From IMG/VR virus record IMGVR_UViG_3300044854_000040, positions 1 through 31,072 of that record: DNA of 31,072 bases; one strand, written 5' to 3'. Below are positions 24,483 to 31,072 of the stretch, in pieces. The notes below the pieces were generated by a model that made no database searches, was not told where the DNA came from, and saw nothing but the letters and a program-made list of their open reading frames with translations. This DNA comes from a virus. Lineage: Duplodnaviria > Caudoviricetes. The translations under genes and the position numbers were made by a program. Each line of letters starts with the position of its first letter. The first letter of the stretch is position 1.

Positions 24483-26989
24483 TGGCCACCATACCAGATA
24501 TCAACGCCCTCGGCGCGAGGCCGTCTCCAAAACCTAATCAAGATACCGCTCGATTTCAGAACCCGTATACGCATATGGAGCATGTTCCTGGTTCCGAGAT
24601 GGAGAGCATAGGAAGGGAAAACGCGCAACAAGGACAGCGCTTTATTAATTTAGGTAGAGAAATCCAAGAAGAGCAACTTAAAGTTGACGCCATGCGCGCG
24701 GAAGACGCTTTTAATCAGCTTAGAAATTCTCAGTTGAATCTCGCTATAGGTGATGACGGCTTTACGAAGTTACATGGTGTCAATGCTTTACAGGGAGAGA
24801 TATTAAAAAACTACGGGGGTAAGTTTGATCTTGAGCAGCAGCGCATAGCCGACAGCTTGCAAAACGATCAGCAAAAGCAATTGTTCTCTAAACGGGCGAT
24901 GGTTTCTAAAACGCAGTTTACGCATGAGATGCTGAGCCATGTAGCAAAGGAAACCGATACCGCTAAGGATAATACGTTCAAAGGAACTGTCGCAGTTGAA
25001 CAAGAAGCGGCGGCGGTTAACTGGCCAAATCCAGCGGCCATTCTTACATCGTTAAGCCGTATAGACGCCGCGGTTAACACGCGCGCCCAGGATTTAGGAC
25101 TTGATGATAACTCTAAAGCTGCGCTTCTCCTACATGCTTCCTCTGGAGTTCATACCAGCGTAGTAAAACAAGCGCTAGCCAACGGTAACTTGAAATACGC
25201 TGAAGCATGGTACGAGCAGCACAAAGACCAGATAGATCCTAACGTAGCAGCCGGGCTAGCGAAGGCTGTGGAGGATGGAGCGCAGAAGCAACTTTTCAAC
25301 GGATATCAATCACAGTTTCTAGCAGCGCGTGACAGCTCTAAAGCGTTATCTTCTCTAGAGAAAGCAGTGCTCAAAGATGATACGCTTAACGAAGATCGTA
25401 AGAACATTCTAATAGGGCGTATACAAAGCCGTGGCGAGGTGTTGGCTAATCGCGCTGAACGTCAACAAGCGCAATTTGAGAGACAACTTGAAAGGCAGAT
25501 CAGCGCTGTTAATTCGTTAACGCTGCAGGGTTACGAACCAACGGCTGAGCAGATGGTTCCGCTGGTAGCAGCTTCCAAAGGTACTGCCGCAGAACCTATG
25601 GTAAGGCAGATGATTGCTACGGCCAACGCCACGCGGCAATTTCGTAACCAGGATTTCAGATCTCAAGAACAAACTATAACGCAGATGGAAGCCGCTGCAC
25701 GTCAAGATCCGACCAAATTCGACGTTACGGCTGTAGCCAAATTTAAAGCGATTCACGAAGCGCAACAAAAAGCCGTGCGCGAAGATCCTACAACGTTCGC
25801 TGTTAGGCAAGGAATGGTCGATCCTAGAGATCCTGCGGCGGCGCCATTGAACTTGGCGCAGCCAGATCCTAATCAGTTGGCCGCTCGTTTCGATTTATCG
25901 AGAAGCATATCGTCTAAATATGCGGCACCAATGAAACCTCTTACTGAGGCGGAAGTAAATACTCTGACGGGAGCGCTTAGAGAAGCTAAGCCAGCACAGA
26001 AACAAACGATATTCAGTGCATTAGCGAAAGCATCGGGCAATGACGCAGCGGGTTATAAAGCTGTCATGAGTCAGGTAGCTCCTGATGATCCTGTTACAGC
26101 TCTCGCGGGTGTGTACGCTACAGGTGAACCGCGTAAACAGTTGGTATCTAATTATCTGCTTGAGGGGCAAGCTATACTTAAACCGAATCGCAAAACAGAT
26201 GGCTCACCGGATAAAGGCAGCTTGTGGCCAATGCCCTCTGGCAATGATGAAAAAGAAATGAAAAAAGCTTTCGCTACCCAAGTAGGAGATGCTTATGCGG
26301 GCATGCCAAAGACTCAATCGGATCTTTACCAAGCTGCTGTCGCTTATTATGCCGGCAAAGCTATGAAGCAAGGTAAAGCCGACGGAGTGCTAGACACTGA
26401 TATTTGGAAAGAAGCCGTTAACGCTGTTACAGGTGGGGTCGCTAGCTACAAAGGAAAACACGTCGTGCTTCCTTGGGGGATGGCTCCAGGTGATTTTAAA
26501 GACCAAATGAAAAGTCGGATAGACGTTTTGGGCGGGCTGTCGGAAGGCGTTACTCCTTCTAAAGTTCGTGACATGCCTGTGCAAGCTATAGGAGATGGAA
26601 AATATGTATTTCGTGCTGGTGATGGCATATTGGTTGATAAAAACAATAGACCGGTTGTAGTCGACTTGAACGCTCCGGTATATGGACCTTCTGAAGCTTC
26701 TGGGAAGATTAAGCAAGTAGATTACGGATTAAGAAATGACGGTACTAAAAAAGGTAGCGGTTGGCTTGGCGAATTGAAGAGACCAGATGGTGGCGTATCT
26801 ACAGAGTTGTCCATAGGCGTTAATTTCGATGGTAAAGAAAGAGAGATACCTGCGCTAGTGCCGGCGCTTACTAAAGAAGAAATTAAGCATCTTTTAGGAG
26901 GGGGCGAGCCTACTAAAGCAATTATTGATAAAGCAGTAGATCACGCTCGCGGCCGTATAAATGATGGCAAAAGTCCTTTCAAGGACTAA
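24482..26989 (+). CDS. Internal virion (ejection) protein, 835 aa
   Basis: Large Ala/Gln-rich helical ORF in the core-protein position. Confidence 0.75.
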   Translation: MATIPDINALGARPSPKPNQDTARFQNPYTHMEHVPGSEMESIGRENAQQGQRFINLGREIQEEQLKVDAMRAEDAFNQLRNSQLNLAIGDDGFTKLHGVNALQGEILKNYGGKFDLEQQRIADSLQNDQQKQLFSKRAMVSKTQFTHEMLSHVAKETDTAKDNTFKGTVAVEQEAAAVNWPNPAAILTSLSRIDAAVNTRAQDLGLDDNSKAALLLHASSGVHTSVVKQALANGNLKYAEAWYEQHKDQIDPNVAAGLAKAVEDGAQKQLFNGYQSQFLAARDSSKALSSLEKAVLKDDTLNEDRKNILIGRIQSRGEVLANRAERQQAQFERQLERQISAVNSLTLQGYEPTAEQMVPLVAASKGTAAEPMVRQMIATANATRQFRNQDFRSQEQTITQMEAAARQDPTKFDVTAVAKFKAIHEAQQKAVREDPTTFAVRQGMVDPRDPAAAPLNLAQPDPNQLAARFDLSRSISSKYAAPMKPLTEAEVNTLTGALREAKPAQKQTIFSALAKASGNDAAGYKAVMSQVAPDDPVTALAGVYATGEPRKQLVSNYLLEGQAILKPNRKTDGSPDKGSLWPMPSGNDEKEMKKAFATQVGDAYAGMPKTQSDLYQAAVAYYAGKAMKQGKADGVLDTDIWKEAVNAVTGGVASYKGKHVVLPWGMAPGDFKDQMKSRIDVLGGLSEGVTPSKVRDMPVQAIGDGKYVFRAGDGILVDKNNRPVVVDLNAPVYGPSEASGKIKQVDYGLRNDGTKKGSGWLGELKRPDGGVSTELSIGVNFDGKEREIPALVPALTKEEIKHLLGGGEPTKAIIDKAVDHARGRINDGKSPFKD

Positions 26990-26992
26990 ACT

Positions 26993-28729
26993 ATGAGTCT
27001 CGATCTCTATCAAGATGAAGCGTTAGACAGGCTAAAGGATCTTCCGCCAGTACAGAATCCGCCAGTAGGCACCTTCGATAATTTCGCCAAAGGCGCAGGT
27101 ATGGCAACCATGCGTGGCTTCGCCAAGACAGGCCGCGCTATAGACTTGTTAGGTTCAGTCGGGGCCATTGCTCAAGACTACATTAACGGTGGGACTGAAG
27201 CGCAGGAGAAATACTTCAAAGAGCATGAAGATGTATTTCAGAACGCGGTCGATTACTGGACGCCTAAATCAAATGAAGTAGGCATTGCTGGCGACATAGT
27301 CGGTAGTCTTATCTCTACTTTGCCAACTGTAATCATGAGTCCTGCGTTGGCCGTTGGGGCGACACAACTAGACACCGCTGAGGAATTGGCCAGACAAGGT
27401 GTGTCGCCTACTAAAGCGATAGCCGCTGGCGCAGTGCAAGGCGCTGGGTTCGGTCTAGGTGTGTGGCTACCTATCCTTGGGCAAACGGGTTGGCAACGTG
27501 TTGTCGTGGGCGGCGCACTGGCCAACGCAGCGCAAGGCGTTGCTACTCGCGGCATTACTGGAGAGATACTTGAAGACACCTCGGCTAAAGGTCAATTCAA
27601 GGCGTTCGACCCTACAGCATTAACGACGGATGTGTTGCTAGGTGCAGCATTTGGATCTCTTGCTCACTTGTCACCAGCACAAAGAGCACAGGGCGCGGAG
27701 ACTTGGGGCAAGATCAAAAGCTGGGCTGAGAACTTATCTCCGTCGCAAGTAGATGCACTTGCTACGCTTCGTATAGCACAGCATATGAACGTGGATTCTG
27801 CAGCAGGGATACCTGAGGGCTTAAAGGATATAGAAGCTCATGTTAACCGTATGCGTACAGCGCTCGACCAGACAGTGCGCGATGAACCCGTTGAAGTATC
27901 TACGATGCCTGAACCGATGATGAAGGCGGACGACGCGCGCTTGGTGGAGGGCGTTAAGACAATAGAGAATATGCGCGACCATCTTAAAGAAATAGCGGAG
28001 AACATTGGAGTTGTAATAAACGAGGTGGAAAGGGGATTTCATTCTAATCGAAATGAGGGTGAGATTTACGTTCCTTACGAGGGGGCCCTAGTCCATGGTG
28101 CGCAATCGGCGGATGACGTATTGGCGCATGAACTAGGGCACGCCGCAATGCAGAAGCGCGGGTTATCTTTTGACAGGTTCCCCATAAAAGAGATGAAGAA
28201 ATGGGTGTCCAACTATGATGAATTAGTAAACGCCTCAAGAGAGTTTAGACCGGACTTGTACGCAACGGAGAGCGCAAAGGGTCGGAGGTATGTGAAAAAC
28301 CCAGAAGAAGTTATAGCTGATGCAATAGCTTCGGTTTTTACTGGTAGAAAACCGATAGATTTACTTAAACCTCTTATGGAAAAAGTAGGTTTAACGGAAA
28401 GAGATCTGGGATATCTTAAAAAAGCGCAAGAGGGGGTTTCCGAGGTTGAGTTACAAAACCAAAACGATCACGCTTTCGCAGTAAAAAACAAGATAAAAGA
28501 ATCTATACCAGCGGAACAAACTGCGCCTGATCTCTTGGCTTCAGAAACCAAACGTGTTCTCGATACTTACGGAGATCAGGAGATAACGCTCGGGCGTAAT
28601 ACTGACGGCACGCCAATCACAACGACAATGAAACAGTTCATGGATGAAACAGCGATCGATGTAGCGCATGCTCAAGAAGACGCGAAGCTTTTTGAGATCG
28701 CGGCTGGCTGTTATTTAGGAGCTAAATAA
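26993..28729 (+). CDS. Internal virion protein with hydrophobic segments and an HExxH motif
   Basis: Gly/Ala hydrophobic N-terminal half; LAHELGH...EEVIADA; ends A.GC.LG. Confidence 0.75.
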   Translation: MSLDLYQDEALDRLKDLPPVQNPPVGTFDNFAKGAGMATMRGFAKTGRAIDLLGSVGAIAQDYINGGTEAQEKYFKEHEDVFQNAVDYWTPKSNEVGIAGDIVGSLISTLPTVIMSPALAVGATQLDTAEELARQGVSPTKAIAAGAVQGAGFGLGVWLPILGQTGWQRVVVGGALANAAQGVATRGITGEILEDTSAKGQFKAFDPTALTTDVLLGAAFGSLAHLSPAQRAQGAETWGKIKSWAENLSPSQVDALATLRIAQHMNVDSAAGIPEGLKDIEAHVNRMRTALDQTVRDEPVEVSTMPEPMMKADDARLVEGVKTIENMRDHLKEIAENIGVVINEVERGFHSNRNEGEIYVPYEGALVHGAQSADDVLAHELGHAAMQKRGLSFDRFPIKEMKKWVSNYDELVNASREFRPDLYATESAKGRRYVKNPEEVIADAIASVFTGRKPIDLLKPLMEKVGLTERDLGYLKKAQEGVSEVELQNQNDHAFAVKNKIKESIPAEQTAPDLLASETKRVLDTYGDQEITLGRNTDGTPITTTMKQFMDETAIDVAHAQEDAKLFEIAAGCYLGAK

Positions 28730-31072
28730 TGGCCTTCTTAGATTGCATTGCCAGATTAGCCGAAGCCGCTGGAAGAGAACTTACCGACGCTGAGGTAACG
28801 AAGATTTTCGAGCGCATTCATCAAGCGGCGCTTGATATTAAAGCGGGCCGCACGGAGCCTGGTGAAGCTACGTTAGGTAAGCAGCTTGGCGAACAACTCG
28901 GTGTAGGTCAATCCCAAGATCAACTTATCCAGGCGGTAGCCGAACGCGCCTCCGCGCAGTTGTTGCATGAAGCAGAGGTAAGGCAGCGTCAAGCGCAGTT
29001 GCAGGTTCTTGCCATAGGAGCCAGGGCACAAGATCAGAAGAAACTTTTCAACGTCGGTTTAAAACCATTCGATGCTTTGGATGGGTTACTGGCCCGGGAC
29101 TTCTCAGGTAAGTTCAACGTTGAAAGCGTGGAACAACGTGTAGCCGGTGTAAAAGCAGAACTTAAGAGACAGTTGCAAGGTACTTGGGATGCATTAGGAG
29201 ACGACTGGTTAGGATTTTTCCAAGATCGAAATAAACTCATTACTCTGGTGCGCGAGTTACGCGGAGAAAATACCGGAGATGCTGTCGCGAAGAAAGGCGC
29301 AGAGGCTTTTCACAACGTGGCTGAGCAAGCAAGACAAACGTTTAACGCGGCGGGGGGAGATGTAGGTAAGCTTGACGATTGGGGCATGCCTCAACACCAT
29401 TCACAAGAACGTGTAGCCACTGCCGGTAAAAACGCATGGGTTGATTACATCCTGCCCAAGCTCGATAAAGCGCGTTACGTTGACGACTTAGGTCGGCCGT
29501 GGAGTGAAGCTACACTACGCACGTTTTTAGGTAAAGCCTGGGATACGATTGCTACTAACGGCATAGCAAACATCAAGCCAGGGGAGTTCACCGGCGTAGG
29601 CAAGAAAGCGAATCGCCATGCGGAGCACAGGCAAATACATTTCAAAGACGCTGAATCAGTTATTCAGTATTGGAACGACTTCGGTGAAAAGACCGCAGTA
29701 CAAATTCTCGACGGCCATATCGATAGTATGGCGAAAGATATCGCTTTCATAGAAAAGTTTGGTCCCAATCCAGACATGACTTATCAAACTTTGCGCGATC
29801 GAACCTTAAAACTCGCCGCTATAGATAACCCGACACAGACAACAGATTTGCAAGGGAGAGCATTGCATTCTGATAATTTATACGACTACGCTTCGGGCAA
29901 GATAAAACCCACGTTCAATCAGACGGTTTCGAATGTAGCTGATGGTATCGCGCATTTAAATTCAGCGGGTAAACTCGGTGGAGCGGCGGTAGCTTCTTTC
30001 TTTGGCGACAAGGTTATGTATGAAGCCGTCTCTCATTTAAATAACATACCAGCAGTTCAACGATGGTCTAATGAGCTTAAGCTTCTTAGCCCAACCAATG
30101 CTCAAGATCGCCGTCTACTTCAACGCCAAGGGTTAATGCTTGAGTCAGTACGTAATAGCTTGAATCGTTTTTACGAGGGCCTCGGGGGGTCTGGCGGCGG
30201 GTGGTCGGGTAAGTTCGCCACCACTACCGGTAAATGGGCTAGTGCAGTGATGCGTTTAACCGGTATGGACGCGATTAACGAATTTCGTAAAGGCGCCTTT
30301 GGGCTGTCTCTCATGAGTTCTATCGGGCACGAAATATCATCGGGGAAGGATTTTAATTCACTTCACGATTCCGACGTTCGTGCTTTAACTACGTTCGGTA
30401 TAGAAGAAGCTGACTGGAAAATTTGGAAGTTAGCAAGGCTTGATGAAGTGGCGGGCAATGGTAATGTACTCACACCAGAGGCTATATCTCGCATACCCGA
30501 CGCCGCTTTAGAGGCGGAAGGTTTTACGCAGGTTGATAAGCGCAATGCCATAGTTAAACTTCTAGGCGCGGTGAACACAGAAAGTGATTTCGCCATCGTT
30601 ACTCCAGGATGGAGAGAACGCGCTAAGTTTTATGGGAAGATGCAACGGGGAACGATACTAGGTGAAGTCGGTCGCTCCATTCTGCAATTTAAATCATTTC
30701 CATTTACCGCCTTCGAGCGCTCGTTAGATTTAGTCGCTAACGCTGATACTCCAGTAGGTAAAGCTGTGATGACTTCCTACTTGCTCATCGCCACAACGCT
30801 AGCGGGGGCCATGCTCATGCAAACAAGAGATATGCTCGCTGGCCGTGATCCGCGGAGAATGAACGATGAGAATTGGCCTAAGTTCTGGGCGCAAGCATTC
30901 TTGCAGGGAGGAGCGCTCGGTATTTACGGTGACTTCCTCTCTGGAGCCGGCCAATCGCGATATGGTTCTGGGCCTTTGGAAATGGCCGCTGGGCCTTCGC
31001 TTGGGCCATTATTAAGTCTTGGTGTAATAAACCCGATGAATGCTGTGAAAGCACAATACGAAAGTAAGGAAT
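28729..31072 (+). CDS. Large internal virion protein (partial, runs off the window)
   Basis: ATG in a TAATG overlap; MAFLDCIARLAEAAGRELTDAEV..., later GG.VGKL.DWG.PQ.H and LQFKSFP motifs of epsilon15/BPP-1-type core proteins. Absent from the track, consistent with no stop before the edge. Confidence 0.8.
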   Translation, partial: MAFLDCIARLAEAAGRELTDAEVTKIFERIHQAALDIKAGRTEPGEATLGKQLGEQLGVGQSQDQLIQAVAERASAQLLHEAEVRQRQAQLQVLAIGARAQDQKKLFNVGLKPFDALDGLLARDFSGKFNVESVEQRVAGVKAELKRQLQGTWDALGDDWLGFFQDRNKLITLVRELRGENTGDAVAKKGAEAFHNVAEQARQTFNAAGGDVGKLDDWGMPQHHSQERVATAGKNAWVDYILPKLDKARYVDDLGRPWSEATLRTFLGKAWDTIATNGIANIKPGEFTGVGKKANRHAEHRQIHFKDAESVIQYWNDFGEKTAVQILDGHIDSMAKDIAFIEKFGPNPDMTYQTLRDRTLKLAAIDNPTQTTDLQGRALHSDNLYDYASGKIKPTFNQTVSNVADGIAHLNSAGKLGGAAVASFFGDKVMYEAVSHLNNIPAVQRWSNELKLLSPTNAQDRRLLQRQGLMLESVRNSLNRFYEGLGGSGGGWSGKFATTTGKWASAVMRLTGMDAINEFRKGAFGLSLMSSIGHEISSGKDFNSLHDSDVRALTTFGIEEADWKIWKLARLDEVAGNGNVLTPEAISRIPDAALEAEGFTQVDKRNAIVKLLGAVNTESDFAIVTPGWRERAKFYGKMQRGTILGEVGRSILQFKSFPFTAFERSLDLVANADTPVGKAVMTSYLLIATTLAGAMLMQTRDMLAGRDPRRMNDENWPKFWAQAFLQGGALGIYGDFLSGAGQSRYGSGPLEMAAGPSLGPLLSLGVINPMNAVKAQYESKE

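Larger units (their letters stand above)
1..31072. mobile_element. Tailed phage genome segment (podovirus-type, BPP-1/epsilon15-like morphogenesis module)
   Basis: TerS, TerL, portal, scaffold, capsid, tail tubular A/B and internal proteins occur in canonical order, densely packed with overlapping start/stop codons. No host housekeeping genes or integrase are seen. Confidence 0.95.

Noticed and set aside
1-31072. Diversity-generating retroelement, CRISPR array, tRNA genes, recoded stop codons
   Set aside because: No reverse transcriptase, TR/VR pair, regularly spaced repeats or cloverleaf was noticed by eye, and long genes read through under the standard code with all three stops in use.

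Overview
The window is a segment of a podovirus-type tailed phage with a BPP-1/epsilon15-like virion module. At the left are small leftward genes (5-966), then a non-coding control region (about 970-1628) with a sigma54-like promoter, IHF-consensus sites and palindromes. A long, tightly coupled rightward block follows. Its first 7 kb (1877-8934) encode a near-complete CMP-pseudaminic-acid pathway: PseB, a shortened PseC, PseF, a PseH-like GNAT, PseI, an acetamidino-type amidotransferase, a HisF2/WbuZ-like protein and a Pse-associated methylase. No PseG or HisH is visible. Next come an HTH gene, the small terminase, several Ser/Thr-rich putative virion proteins and a CstII/Maf-like nonulosonic-acid transferase candidate (12395-13288). 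The rest is large terminase, portal, scaffold, major capsid, tail tubular A/B and internal virion proteins, the last running off the right edge. The main hypothesis, an inference from motifs and gene order, is a phage-encoded system that makes a modified pseudaminic acid and attaches it to its own virion proteins or to host surface structures. All family calls come from motif recognition by eye; no searches were run.
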